64,000 bases of DNA from Mustelus asterias (lineage: Eukaryota), in contig NC_135801.1 in the NCBI RefSeq assembly GCF_964213995.1, positions 150,226,001 to 150,290,000 of the forward strand, in the 5' to 3' direction. Both the position numbers and the translations under genes were made by a program. Below the pieces are notes generated by a model. It ran no database searches, was not told the DNA's origin, and saw nothing but the letters and a program-made list of their open reading frames with translations. Of the stretch, positions 11,828 to 25,790 are shown in pieces (the first letter of the stretch is position 1; each line of letters begins with the position of its first letter).

Positions 11828-12290
11828 CCCTGGGATTGGAGGGATTGTCTTATGAGGAAAGGTTAAACAGGTTGGGACTCATTGAAATTTAGAAGAATGA
11901 GGGGTGATCTCACTGAACCAGAGAGGATTCTTAAGGGACTTGACAGGGTAAATGCTGAGACGATGTTTCCCCTCATGGGAAAGTCCAGGACCAGATGGCA
12001 TAAACTCAGAATAAAAAAGGGGCACCAGTTTAAGACTAAGATGTGGAGGAATTTCTTCTGAGGGTTGAGAGTCTTTGAAATTCTGCCAGAGAGTTGTGGG
12101 GGTAGCGTCCTTGTGATATTCAAGGCTGAGATAGATTGATTTTTGATCAGTAAGGGAATCAAGAGTTACGGGGAAAGGGCAGGAAAGTGGACGTGAGGAA
12201 TGTCAAATCAGCCATGATCCTCCATGAATGGTGGAGCAGGGTCAAGGGGCTGAATAGCCCACTTCTGTTCCTATTCATTATGGTCTTTTT
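11828..12290 (+). mobile_element. CR1 3' fragment
   Basis: tcttatgaggaaagg...agaagaatgaggggtgatctc...gatcagtaaggga...cagccatgatc CR1 3' blocks. Confidence 0.8.
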
Positions 12291-12487
12291 AAAATGTGAT
12301 AACTGAATCAAACCTGTAGTTTTCCCCACAACAACTGCATCTCAATGGTTTCTTTACAAACACTCATGTTAATAGAATGAGGTGTAGTTCTGAAATTGTA
12401 TGTTGTGTGGGGGTATCAGGGTGGTACAGTGCACTTGGGTTTTGAGCTTGTATAAAATGCAGCAGAGAGAGAAGGATTAGCACATGT

Positions 12488-12615
12488 GGGTCGGAATTTT
12501 ATCGCCTCGCCTGTCCCAGAGTCGGGGTGGACACGGCTTGCAGAACGGCATTCTCCTTTGGCCTCGGGCGGGATCTTACGAGCTTTGGGTGGGCGAGGCA
12601 GTAAAATTCTGACAA
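12488..12615. mobile_element. About 130-bp MITE (Harbinger-like TIR)
   Basis: TIRs gtcggaattttatcgcctcgcc ... ggcgaggcagtaaaattctgac. Confidence 0.75.
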
Positions 12616-14140
12616 TAATGTCTCACGAGTTCCCAATCTCATCATTGGAAGGCAAAATACTCCCCAAGTAGGGACGGAGAGTTACCCTAATGCTGGCCTT
12701 TGCATACCTCCTAGTGACCAACAGCCCACCATCTGAGTTATAGATGCTGAAAATGATGTGAACCACCATAAAGACTTGCATAGCACCTTATCATGTCCTC
12801 ATGTGCCAATGGGTTACATTGAACAGTTCTTAAGGTGAACGTTGATAAGGAGAAAGCAAAATCATGTAGAAAGAGCCTGGTACTTTAATGAACAGTTTTC
12901 ACCTGTAGGATCTGGCATGTTAAGTGTGGTATTGTCATAACTCCATTTCAAATCCAAGATAGCTACAAGTCAGACTTGTGAAACTTCTGAGAGCCAATGA
13001 AATAGCAAATGAACAAGATTCTGCATCCTTATCTCATGTCCATGGCAAAATTATCTTGGTGTCTTCAGTAATATGAATGGTCTTTGAGGCTCTTATTGGA
13101 TGAATTGAGGAGATAAGATTAATTTCTTAGCCCTTGGCAGTAGCCCCGTAGATGGTGCTTGTAATGGATAACCATGCTCTGTACATGTCAGACTCCATCA
13201 CTCTCCTGCGCCACTCCTCCCCACACCCTGATTAAATAGTTTCTCCTCAACTCCCCCTTTAATCAATCATTCTGCCTTTTACTTGTAACCTATGGCCCCT
13301 GGTGACTCTGCTTTCAGAAATCCTTACATATTCCCTCTGAAGGCCCCCTCATTATTTTACGTACTTCAGTTAAATTTTCCTTCAGCCTCCTCTACCTCAA
13401 AAAATAAAAACCCCAGCTGATCCAATCTTGAAGCTTGGCAGAGTTAAAATCAAAATCAGTAAGAAAAAAAAAGCAGTAATATGGAGCTTATGGGTTCAGT
13501 GAGAAGCTTTGCAGGTGAGAAACAAGGTATTAAAAAGCACATCTGCTTTCTAGGAAGGATCAAAGACTTGAAAAGAAATTGCAGTATTAAAAAAAAATGG
13601 AGCCAGACAGAGCAGGTGTGAGGAAGCACTTCAGGCTTAATGGAGCGTCAGCCCTGGAGCTGTCAGTCAAAAAAAAGTCAGCAGTTAATGGACCATCAGT
13701 TCTTTATTTAAAACAAAATTGGGCTAATCCCCTCTTTGGTTCATTCAAACTAAAAAAAGGAAAATCCCCTTAGTGAAAATGAATGCTCCTAGCCATCAAA
13801 GCACTTGAGGTTTCAGAGCAGCTCAGGCTTATGGGAGAAAGCAAGGGGATCTCCCCAGTGAAACTGACATTCCCGTCACTCAAAGCACTTCAAGTCTGGT
13901 TACATCTGGGACATCTGAAATGAACTGAGGGCAATTTCTACTGTAGAATATAGAGTGCTGCTATGATTTGTAAGGCTTCAGGTGTTCAAGAGCTATGCAT
14001 ATTAATGAGACCAGGCTGTTTCAATGGTTGTACAGAACACAGATGATTTTTTAGCAGAAAACATCCTGGGAATATGCTCATAGGTCAACCTCTCCCTAAC
14101 AGCCCAAGACCCTCGAGAGTTTCCCCTATCCTGCAGCAGC

Positions 14141-14196
14141 AACAGGGGAACCCATGGGCACAGTTGGAAACAGGGGAACCCATGGGCACAGTTGGA
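14141..14196. repeat. Perfect 28-bp tandem duplication
   Basis: aacaggggaacccatgggcacagttgga x2. Confidence 0.9.
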
Positions 14197-16029
14197 GACA
14201 GAACCCCTCCCCCCACCTCCTCAGAGTCCCTGGCACCTGGTTCCCACTTGTCATGACTATGAGAGAATGGCATCCTCTGGACTTCCCGTTCAGGTGAAGG
14301 GGGTGGGGGGGGGGGGGGGGGGGTGCAGCAGGAGGATACAGGGAGGCCAGAACACCTGGCCTCAAACCCAGTACTTGCATTTAAATGGATTCAAGTCAGC
14401 TTTTAACTCGGGTTCTTGCCCGGAGTGGGTAAGAACCTGAGCGGGCCAGGGGCAGTGGTCCAGTAGACTTGCAATATGTTTTATGCCCTATTTGGCCCTC
14501 TCATCTGACTAATGATTCTCATCAGTGACACTTGGGGTGGAATTGTCCTAGTTTGAGCGAAAACTGACATGAAGCTGTCCTGCTGCACAGGAAAGTCTTG
14601 TCTCCATATTCTAGGCACTCTGCCCTGGCAGCGTGGTTTGCAGCACTGGGGCAGGACCACAAAGGATTCCCTCCCCCGCCCCCACCACAAGCATCGTCGA
14701 TACCCCCTTTCCCACATGCATTAGGCTACCCAACTCCAAATGGTGCTCCCCAGAGACCCACCTCAGCATTGCCTATGCATGTCCCTCACCATTTGGGGGC
14801 TATACGTGTGTGCCCCCAGGCTGGTCATCACAACTGGTTGTTTTTGAAAACAAGTAGTGATTCGTGCCGGTGTGATATCACGCCAGCTTTGTGGGGAAGG
14901 TATGTTGAGGGCGGAAGTGGCGGGTCAAGCCCACTAATGATATTCCATCCTGGGCGTGAACCTGATCCTGCCATTGAAGGGAGCGGGGGGAGTGGGGGGA
15001 ATCCCAAACTAAAATCTCACCAGCACAAATCCTGTTTTTGGCCTCCGGATTCAGCAGCCACTACAGGATTTACATCCGTGGCTAATGCAGCCTCGAGATT
15101 TGCTGTGTGAGCACATTGTAAGGTAAGTGAAGGCCCAAACTGGTGCAGGAAACAAAAGCCGGCTTTATTACATCAGTTATGGCATCAGTTATTAACAGTG
15201 CATTAGGGGAGAGGGATTCAGCAACAAGATCGGCTGGTGCTCCAGACATTTATTACTGGACATTTGATTCTGAAACAAGCAACTGAAATATGTATAATTT
15301 CAGTATGAACATTTCAGCACAACGTGAGGCCGCCAAGTCCTATGGGACTAAACTGTTTACTGTATCCGTTTCTCCTTGGTTTGCAATGTGACCGTTACTG
15401 ATAGCTTCGGAAATTCCCAAAAGCCATTAGTCCTTAGCTAGGATTCTGAATACACCTTAAATTAAAAACTTCATACTGGTGGTGCTTTTTTTGAACAGAG
15501 TAAAAGCAGCAATATAGAGATCCAAGAAAGAATAGTCAAACAGTTGTCATATGCCAGGGTTCACAGCAGAAACCACAGATTTACATTGTGGCTTCCATAA
15601 CAAGGCAGCATCATTACATGTGTAATCATCCTCAAGTCTTGATGGTAGTGTGTGGGCTTGCCCAGCAGCAGGGAATACTTCATTGGTGATGAGCAAGTGA
15701 GCAGACTTTCAGAATATTGATTTTGAAGTGATGGTCAATAACAACAACAAGCCATGTTACTGACTGAGTGCCGCTGTCTCCACAAAGGAGAAAAATAACT
15801 TCACTGGAGGTGAAGTCAGAGTGGAAACCGATGACAGTGGTGTGATGCAATTACAATATCAGCCTGCAGCTTACATCATCCAAGAGTACCTGATACTGTC
15901 AAAATTGTTCCATTTTCATACACTGGTTTCTTTTACCTTTCTGGTTTAAAATGTCAGCAAAAATATAAAAATAAAATGTACTACATTATATATGCAGCAC
16001 AGAAACAGACCATTCGGCCCAACTAGTCC

Positions 16030-16460
16030 ATTGGGTTTGCATTCGTTGGAATTTAGAAGGCTGACGGGGGGATCTTATAGAGACCTATAAGATAATGAAG
16101 GGGCTGGATAGGGTAGAGGTGGAGAGATTCTTTCCACTTAGAAAGGAAACTAGATCTAGAGGGCACAGCCTCAAAATAAAGGGGGGTCAGTTTAGGACAG
16201 AGTTGAGGAGGATCTTCTTCTCTCAGAGGGTGGTGAATCTCTGGAATTCTCTGCCCACTGAAGTGGTGGAGGCTACCTCGTTGAATATGTTTAACTCACG
16301 GATAGATGGATTCCTGATCGGTAAGGGAATTAGGGGTTATAGGGATCAGGCGGGTAAGTGGAACCGATCCACTTCAGATCAGCCATGATCTTATTGAATG
16401 GTGGGGCAGGCTCGAGGGGCTAGATGGCCTACTCCTGCTCCTATTTCTTATGTTCTTATG
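16030..16460 (+). mobile_element. CR1 3' fragment, subfamily D, inserted into an older minus-strand CR1 3' end (about 15993-16870)
   Basis: ORF MKGLDRVEVERFFPLRKETRSRGHSLKIKGGQFRTELRRIFFSQRVVNLWNSLP; (ttcttatg)n tail; matches 63110-63422. Confidence 0.9.
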
Positions 16461-19061
16461 TTGGTGTTTCTGGTCCACATGAGCCTCCTCCTATCTTTCT
16501 AAATCTACCATTATGGCCATCTACTCCCTTTTGTCTCCTTACATACACCTATACTATTCACTTCAACCACTGCCTGTGGTAACAAGTTCCACATTCTCAC
16601 CACTCTTTGGGGTAAAAAACTTTCTTCCGAATAACCTATTGGATTTCTCTTGATTGTCTCCAGATATGCCCTTAAAAAAAAATCATCCTCGCTGCATCCA
16701 ATTAGAAATCATTCTCTCTGTATCCAATCTAAGAAAACATTTCATTAGATCACCTTTCAGTCTTTTTCAAGGGAAAAGAGATCCAGTTGGTTAATCCTCC
16801 CCTGAAATATATATCCACACAATCTTCTCTGGACCCTTTCCAGTGCACCTATATCCTTTTATTAACATGGCAGGTGCAGATGTGTTTAGCCAGTTTGTTG
16901 TATATTTTAAGTGTACAACAAGTTTAGTGCTTTAGAATGTCTGTACTTGTGCTCTAGTTTCTAGTAGCTTCTCTGCTTACATAGTTCTGAGTCAGCATTC
17001 AGGCTTAACCAATCAAGTGCAGTGAGCGTAGGTAAGTTAGCAGACTAATGAAATTGAACACAGAACAATTAAACTGCTGCAGATGCCCTGTCCACTGGAC
17101 AGAAAGTCACATGCTATCCCAGTGTGACCATTTTTAGAAGCCCTAAAGGAATTCAATGCCAATCAGAGGGCCAGCACAGAGCATGGTGGGTAATGCTGGG
17201 ACTGCAGCAGGCCCCAGAGCAGCCAGCAGTGCAGATAAGCTGGCCGGGCACCTGGGGTCAATTAGGCAGGCCCCAGAGATGGAGACAGTGGGGTTTTGCA
17301 GTGTGATGGAACCATTCTGAGCAGGGTAACCCTTGCCCAATCATGAGGGTCCCCTCCCCTGATTCCCACAGGCAGGCCACCAGATTTTACATGGTGGCCT
17401 CCTCACATGGTGTTACCCACCCCCTCCCCAACAACTTATAAAATACTAGTAATGGTGGGATGAGGTCTTTAAGTGGCTTCAGTTGGCCTCTGGGCAGGAA
17501 AGCCATCGTCTACCTTCCCCGCTCGACTTAGAGGGAGCCGGAAAGGTGCTTGACACACTCATCCCACCTTCCCTCCCTATTCTACACCACCCATCCTCTT
17601 TCTCCCATTCCCACCATGGAAAGCACCCCAAAAGTTCGAAGTTTAAAAATCACAATCTGGAGAGTTGTTGCATCACTAAATTTAGTTATTTTGTAGGCAA
17701 GAAAATGAAAACAGTTATTAAAGCAGGCCAACTGTTGTAAACATCAACATGTTCAGTAATGTCCTTCAGGAGTGAGAACTTGCCACCTACACATGATTTC
17801 TGCACCATGTTGTGTGTTTTCAGGGCAAGAAGGAAACCAATGCTGCCTAGCCACATCCTGCATCTCTTGCATCCCAGGAAGTTTAAATAATTCTGCCTCT
17901 ATTAAATCAGACAAGCTTGTATCTAATGTTCTAATTTCAGAACCTGCCATGTGATAGCCTCCAAGCACCATCCAGTGGGGTTGGGTTGAGAATGGGGAAG
18001 GAGGCAGGGAGCAAATGCATTCAAACAGGGAGATAAATGAGTGTTGCTCCTAAATACACTGATGCATCTCCAGTAACCTTACTTCTGGGGGTCAGTTTGC
18101 TCTTGGCCATAATCATGGAAAATGATAAGTCACCTGGAGAGATTTGAGGAAAGTTATAGAGCGCAGAGAACTTTTTGACAACATAATTCCTGGACATAAT
18201 TATCTTTACATTTTAAATTGTGTTGATGCAGAACAGCACAGTACACTGGTTCAGCTCAGGAAACACAAATTAATGGAAGCATGCTTGGCATGAGCCTATA
18301 TCAACAGAGAAAAATAATACATTTTGTGATAGCATTAGGACTTCAACAGTCAAGTGGATATGTTACACATGTTTCCTGTATTTATACATTAGATTTAACA
18401 ATGTTACACTAAGTATCATATAATTTAGGAGAAACACAATTATATAGAAGGAGCTGCATGTTTCCAGTTAGCATTGCTGGCAGTGGAATTGTTAATATTA
18501 TTCCATCACTAGCAATTTGACAAATACAAATATTTCAAAACCAAAAAAAAAACTAGGGGCAAGAGGAAAGTTACGCAGGAAACATAGATGATGCATTGGA
18601 TTGGTGTATACTGTTCCAAGGTTAAATCTAACATAGACTAATGGAATGAATGTTTCCTATCTTTCTGCAGGACACTTTGCATCAAATAAGTTTTGGAATT
18701 CTTAATCCGGTTCCAATTCCAAGTGAGAGTGAGGCATCAGCACACTACCTCTGATTTGCATCGATCGACAATCCTACCAGACTGGCCTCAAGGATAAACC
18801 AGACAGCCAGTCATCAAGAGCAACATTCCTCTGGTAGTAGGTCGTACAACATTTCACTGGTAGTAGGTAGTACAATGATAAATACAATTAATATAAATTA
18901 GTGTAATAATAATGTACAAATTTAAGACATTAATTTCCAAAGGCATTCATCTTGATATATGTGACATGGGTTTTAAATAAAGCAATATTATTCTTTGTAA
19001 TTTCCTTGCTCTTGGGTTGATATCACATATGGAAATAATAACTCAGATTTAAAACAATTAA

Positions 19062-20405
19062 TAAGAACATAAGAACTAGGAGCAGGAGAAGGCCACCTGG
19101 CCCCTCGAGCCTGCTGCGCCATTCAATAAGATCATGGCTGATCTTTGTGGACTCAGCTCCACTTACCCGCCCACTCACCATAACCCTTAGTTCCTTTACT
19201 GTTCAAAAATTTATCTATCCTTGTCTTAAAAACATTCAATGAGGTAGCCTCAACTGCTTCACTGGGCAGGGAATTCCACAGATTCACAACCCTTTGTGTG
19301 AAGAAGTTCCTCCTCAGCTCGGTCCTAAATCTGCTGCCCCTTATTTTGAGGCCATGCTCCCTAGTTCTAGTTTCACCTGCCAGTAGAAACAACTTCCCTG
19401 CTTCTATCTTATAACATTATGAAGGGAATAGATATGTTTCTATAAGATCTCCCCTCATTCTTCCGAATTCCAGTGAGTATAGCCCCAGTCTACTCAGTCT
19501 CTCCTCATAAGCCAACCCTCTCAACTCCGGAATCAACCTAGTGAATCGCCTCTGCACTCCTTCCAGTGCCAGTATATCCTTTCTCAAGTAAGGAGACCAA
19601 AACTGTACACAGTACTCCAGGTGTGGCCTCACCAGAACCTTATACAGCTGCAACATAACCTCGCTGCTTTTAAACTCCATCCCTCTAGCAACGAAGGACA
19701 AAATTCCATTTGCCTTTTTAATTACCTGCTGCACCTGCAAACCAACTCCTTGTGATTCTTGCACAAGGATATCCAGGTCCCCCTGCACAGCAGAATGCTT
19801 CAATGTACCACTTAAATAATAGTCCATTTTGTTGTTATTCCTACCAAAATGGATGACCTCACATTTACCACTGTACTCTATCTGCCAGATCCTCGCCCAG
19901 TCACTTAGATTATCTATATCCCTTTGCAGACTTTGAGTCCTCTGCACACTTTGCTCTGCCACTCATCTTAGTGTCATCTGCAAATTTTGACACACTACAC
20001 TTGGTCCCCAATTCCAAATCATCGATGTAAATCGTAAACCGTTGCAGTGCCAACACTGATCGCTGAGGCACACCACTAGTCACTGATCGCCAACCAGAAA
20101 AAACACCCATTTACCCCCACTCTTTGCTTTCTGTTAGCCATTCCTCTATCCATGCTAATACATTACCGTAACACTGTGCACCTTTATCTTATGCAGCAGC
20201 CTTGGTGCAGCACCTTGTCAAATGCCTTCTGGAAATCCAGATACACCACATCCACAGGTTCCCCATTGTCCACTGCGCATGGAATGTTCTCAAACAATTC
20301 AACCAAATTAGTCGAACATGATCTGCCCTTCATGAACCCATGCTGCATCTTACCAATAGGACAATTTATATCCAGATGTCTCGCTTTGTCTTCCTTGATG
20401 ATAGA
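19062..20405 (-). mobile_element. 5'-truncated CR1, subfamily E
   Basis: Minus ORFs with GVPQRSVL, KFADDTK, LVRPHLEYCVQFWSPY, FFTQRVVNLWNSLP; (ttcttatg) tail near 19062. Confidence 0.93.
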
Positions 20406-21533
20406 TTACCATTTAGCATGGTGAAGAAGTCATCAAGTGTCACAAGATCTCTGTCAAAAGTCCTATTCTAAAATGCCATAACCCTCGTAGTGCAACTGCT
20501 GCATTTTACCTCTAGCTGGCAGTAATTTTTAAAGTTGTCATCCCCATTATGGCATGAAAACACACCAACATTTGCTCAGCTACATTGGGAATCTGTAGAT
20601 TAATCTGCATTCTTAATATTCTTGATTCTAGAACAGTCTGTCATTTATTTTGCAATATAGTCTGCAAGGAATACAAGAACATAATGCAAGGGAAGGGTTA
20701 AAGGATGGGCTAAGAGTTCAGCAGTGTTTATTCTGTGGAAAGTGGATGAATGCAATACTTGCTAATTGCAATAATACGACTGAAAAATAGAACAATTTGA
20801 TTTGAACTATGAATCACGGCAAATTGATTGAAATCAGCAAAAGATTGATTGAAAGGAGACATTGGGATGGGAGGAAGTCCTTATATGGCTAAGCCAATGG
20901 AAAACAACTTGGGAATATGCTAACCAACCAATAACCGATCGTGCAAACTAACCAATCACATCCAGAAGAGCTCTTTCACAAACTCTTGGGTAAGCCTGTG
21001 AAAAGACATACATAGTGGCACTTAAGACAGAGGGTAGGTATTGATGGGAAGTCCTCGAAGCAAAAAGGCAGAAGATGTGTATTGACTGGAAAAATTCTGG
21101 TGAACCAAGCAGGAAGACCTCAAATCACAGGTCACCCCTAAGCAACTTAGTCATCTCAGATTGACCACTCGAGATGCAATTAAGATTTAATTGAAACTGT
21201 TTCATTTAAAGTTTCTCAATGCAAGTGTTGGGTTTAGTGCAAGGTTGTGTCAATTATAATTCTCTTCTGCAAAACTAGGAAAGAGGTAAAATCAACAATA
21301 AGGAATAGAAGCAGGAAAAAACCATATGGCCCAGCAAGCCCGCTGTGTTATTCAATACGGATCATGATCTTCAACTCCATTTTCCCACTGGGCTAGGAGA
21401 ATCCCAGCCATAGTCTCCAACTTAGAGAGAAAGGTAGAGAGAGACAGCAGAGAGAAGAGGCTGCAGCTTTCTTGCAAGCTGGATACAGAAGGGAGATGGT
21501 CTCTAACCAAACAAATGCATTCTGCAGCCAACC

Positions 21534-21922
21534 GGTCGGTAATTTCCCGGGCTGTCCCTGTTCCCTTTCTTGAATATAGGGACCACATCTGCAATCCTCC
21601 AATCCTCCGGAACCTCTCCCGTCTCCATCGACGATGCAAAGATCATCGCCAAAGGCTCCGCAATCTCCTCCCTCGCCTCCCACAGTAACCTGGGGTACAT
21701 CCCATCCAGTCCCGGCGACTTACCAACCTTGATGCCATTCAATAGTTCCAACACATCCTCTTTCTTTATGTCCACATGCTCGATCCTTTCTGTCCACCGC
21801 AAACCAGCAGTACAACCACCCAGATCCCTTTCCACCGTGAATACCGAGGTAAAGTATTCATTAAGCAGCTCCGCCATTTCTAACGGTTCCGCACAAACTT
21901 TTCCCCCTTCACCTTTTAAGGG
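21534..21922 (-). mobile_element. Internal ORF2 fragment of young CR1 subfamily A, with no 3' end
   Basis: Near-identical to about 45118-45510 (MAELLNEYFTSVF...GNYRPV); stops abruptly. Confidence 0.9.
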
Positions 21923-21924
21923 TC

Positions 21925-22138
21925 ATAGAAATAGAATCATAGAAACCCTACAGTGCAGAAGGAGGCCATTCGGCCCATCGAGTCTGCACCGACCACAATC
22001 CCACCCAGGCCCTACCCCCACATATTTTACCCACTAATCCCTCTAACCTACACATCCCAGGACTCTAAGGGGCAATTTTTTAACCTGGCCAATCAACCTA
22101 ACCCGCACATCTTTGGACTGTGGGAGGAAACCGGAGCA
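21925..22138 (-). mobile_element. HE1-type SINE, 3' half
   Basis: Reverse complement of the 33600-33805 region. Confidence 0.9.
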
Positions 22139-23350
22139 AAAGGCAGGTACCTATAGACCAGTTAGCTTAACTTCTGTACTAGGGAAAATGCTTGAATCTA
22201 TCAAGGAAGAAATAGCAAGACATCTGGATATAAAAATGGTCCTATTGGGAAGACGCAGCATGTGTTCATGAAGGACAGATCATGTTTGACTCATTTGGTT
22301 GAATTGTTTGAGAACATTCCATGCGCAGTGGACAATGGGGAACCTGTGGATGTGGTGTATCTGGATTTCCAGAAGACATTTGACAAGGTGCTGCACCAAG
22401 GCTGCTGCACAAGATGAAGGTGCACAGTGTTACGGGTAATGTATTAGCATGGATAGAGGATTGGTTAACTGACAGAAAACAAAGAGTGGGGGTAAATGGA
22501 TGTTTTTCTGGTTGGCGATCAGTGACTAGTAGTGTGCCTCAGGGATCAGTGTTGGCACTGCAACTGTTCACGATTTACATAGATGATTTGGAGTTGGGGA
22601 CCAAGTGTAGTGTGTCAAAATTTGTAGATGACACTAAGATGTGTGGCAGAGCAAAGTGTGCAGAGGACGCTGAAAGTCTGCAAAGGGATATAGATAGTCT
22701 GAGTGAGTGGGCAAGGATCTGGCAGATAGAGTACAATGTTGATAAATGTGAGGTCATCCATTTTGGTAGGAACAGCAGCAAAATAGATTATTTAAATAGT
22801 AAAAATTTGCAGCATGCTGCTGTGCAGCGGGATCTGGGTGTCCTTGTGCAAGAATCACAAAGTTGATATGCAGGTGCAGCAGGTAATTAAGGCGGCAAAT
22901 GGAATTTTGTCCTTCATTGCTAGAGGGATGGAGTTTAAAAACAGGAACGTTTTGTTGCAGCTACACAAAATGCTAGTAAGGCCATGCCTGGAGTACTGTG
23001 TACAGTTTTGGTCTCCTTACTTGAAAAGATTGATTCAGGAGTTGAGAGAGTTGGCTTATGAGGAGAGACTGAAACTATACTCATTGGAATTCAAAAGAAT
23101 GAGGGGAAATCTTATAGAAACATAAGAGTATGAAGGGAATAGATAAGGTAGAAGCAGGGAAGTGATTTCCACTGGCAAGTAAAACTAGAACTAGGGGGCA
23201 TGGCCTCAAAATAAGGGGGAGTAGATTTAGGACTGAGTTGAGGAGGAACTTCTTCACCCAAAGAGTTGTGAATCTGTGGAATTCCCTGCTCAGTGAAGCA
23301 GTTGAGGCTACGTCATTGAATGTTTTTAAGGCAAGGATAGATAAATTTTT
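22139..23350 (+). mobile_element. CR1 ORF2 fragment, subfamily E
   Basis: YRPVSLTS start, SVPQGSVL, KFVDDTK, LEYCVQFWSPY; inverted relative to 19062-20405. Confidence 0.92.
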
Positions 23351-24065
23351 CTGCACTCTAGTTCCAATCTCTACTTGAAGCTGTCAGAGTTGCCGAGTAT
23401 TCCTAGCATTTGCTTGTTTCATTTTAACCAGAAGCATGTTCTCTTTTATTGTGTGAAGACATTTTTATTTATCCCCTGAACTCCATATGGTTTTCAACTT
23501 CACATCAACGTGGATTGCTTAGCAGAGACTTCCCAAATAAAACGAGATACAGGAGTACCTCTAGGTTATCATGCAGCATAACCAAATTTGAAAAAGATCC
23601 CCTTGAATTTTAACAAAAATTTGAAGTATCTTCTTTAAAACAAAAAAACCAAGAAGATTTGACCAAGATTCTCAAAGATTCCTTTTGTCTGACTGGAAAG
23701 TGATGTGTGACCAGCTGTACAACTGGTATCATCAGACTGTACAGTCTGTGGTATAATCATGCCTCGATCTCCCCGGGAATGATATGATTTTGAAAGCACA
23801 GGATATTGTAAATATTCTTTGCAACAAATTTAATTTCCTGTGCTGCACCACATTTCCAGAGTGAAGTGACAGTGATTTTGTGATCTACAGACTGAAAGAA
23901 TATTGGATTGGATTTGAGAGAGACAGTCTGCAAAGGATGGAGCATCTATATAGTGTAGACCCTCTGGTATTACAGACACGTTTAAACAGCAAGTCATTCT
24001 GAACATATGCAAAGGGTTCAAACGAAGTCCTAAACACCAAGAACAATGCTGACATTTTCCAGCAA

Positions 24066-24330
24066 AGTTAAAAGTTAAAGTTGATTTATTAGTCACAAGT
24101 AAGGCTTACATTAACACTGCAATGAAGTTACTGTGAAATTCCCCTAGTCGCCACATTCCAGTGCCTGTTTGGGTCAATGCACCTAACTAGCACGTCTTTC
24201 AGACTGTGGGAGGAAACCCACGCAGACACGAGGAGAATGTGCAAACTCTGCACAGACAGTGACCCAAGCCAGGAATCGAACCTGGGTCCCTGGCACTGTG
24301 AGGCAGTAGTGCTAATCACTGTGCCACCAT
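24066..24330 (-). mobile_element. V-SINE with the alternative tail
   Basis: Reverse complement of the 4120-4390 type, ending in aacttt repeats. Confidence 0.88.
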
Positions 24331-25333
24331 GCAAACTATTATGTTCCACATGAATATGCTTTTTGCATGTTCTTCCTCTTCCCTGCATATGTGTTAATAC
24401 AGCTCCGTATGCTTTCTTCTCAATCTCACCCTTGCAGGATGTCAGAACTGTGGATAGCCTCCTCTATATTGAATATTGCTTCCTTCTGCATGTTATCGGT
24501 TTTTAAAAGGTTATCTAATGACCGGCTCTTGGATATGCTTCTTTCAGAGCTGATGCTGTACCATAGGTCTTGGATTATACCTCTCAACATTCTCAATTAA
24601 GAATAATAACTGGCCACAAAATTGGAGTACTGCTGAAACCAGAGAGAGGTAGCATCGTGGGTTGAAACATACAGCTGGAACTTGGACTTAAAACTGGTGA
24701 ACATCAGATGTAAAGTGGACATCCCAATGTTGCTCAATGGTTAGGGCCTTCTGAAAGTTTGTCCTGCTCAAATAGAAAAGAAAATAGGCCATCGATCCAT
24801 TACCACCCGTTTCTGCAACCTCGCAAGGCAAACTTAGACCTCATTGATTCATCCTTTAGTAACCTCTGATGGAAGTTCAGATTTTTGTCCAGTAAGTGGA
24901 TGAGATTTCATCAGCGTGAAAGGCCTATAACTCATGAATGCCATAGGCAAGAACAAGTTGTCAGCTCTTTCTCATGAGTGAATTAAACCCAGTAATGTAC
25001 CGCGACCAGTGCAATATTCTATTTATTATACATCTGTTACTGTTTAGATGTGGGAAAAGATAATAAAAAACAAGCATTTTAAGCTCTAAAAAGGTAGTTG
25101 GAAGCTCAGAAAGCTTAATAAAAATCTTGTGGGGATTTAGAATGTTTTGATAGTTGTGTGGTGCACTTGCCGATGGCACAGGCAAGCACGGTGTGTAGTA
25201 CAGGCACTGGGTGATATTTTGACAGGTGTGCAAGATGATCTGGCCTTTCACTGCTGTGAAACCTCACTGGCTGTATTGTAATAGGTTTTTATCTGCCACA
25301 ATATGGATAACTGAGTGGAGCTCTAGAAATGTT

Positions 25334-25458
25334 GGGTGGAAATTTCCAAATCTGCCAGTGCCAGGTGTCATGGTGGGTGGGAGAAACAGGTTCAGGGAGA
25401 GGCCCAAAACAAAAAATCAGATTCCCACCAGCAGGAATGCAGTTTGGAATTTTCACCT
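25334..25458. mobile_element. About 125-bp MITE (Harbinger-like TIR)
   Basis: TIRs gggtggaaatttccaaa ... tttggaattttcacct. Confidence 0.6.
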
Positions 25459-25489
25459 TCAAGTCTTCAGTCAAAGAAAGATTTTGGGA

Positions 25490-25790
25490 CATGGATATTG
25501 CTGGCTGGTCCAACATTTGTTGCCCATTCCTAATTGCCCTTGAACTGAATGAGTGGGGCATTTAAGAGTCAACCATATTGCTGTGGGTCTGGAGTCACAT
25601 GGGCCAGACCAGGTGAGGAAGGCAGATTTTCTTCCTTAAAAAAGGGCATTAGTGAACCAGGTGGGTTTTTAAAATAATTGACAATTTATGGCCATTGGAC
25701 TTTTATTTCCAGATTATTCAATTCAAATTTCACCACTTAACGTGGTGGGATTTGAACCCTGGTCCCCAAAGCATTATCCTGGGTCTTTGA
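25490..25790 (-). mobile_element. tRNA-head SINE family B
   Basis: catttgttgcccattcctaattgcccttgaactg...gagtcaaccatattgctgtgggtctggagtcacat...gggatttgaaccc. Confidence 0.8.

Noticed and set aside
14141-14196. CRISPR-like 28-bp direct repeat
   Set aside because: Only two adjacent units, no spacer, no cas genes, vertebrate context.
14598-15110. 170-aa proline-rich ORF
   Set aside because: Non-ATG start, lies in a GC-rich MITE-like patch, no recognisable domain or supported splice structure.
18823-18875. let-7-like sequence (ggtagtaggtcgtac) in a 26-bp tandem duplication
   Set aside because: The seed GAGGTAG is absent and no complementary arm for a pre-miRNA hairpin is visible.
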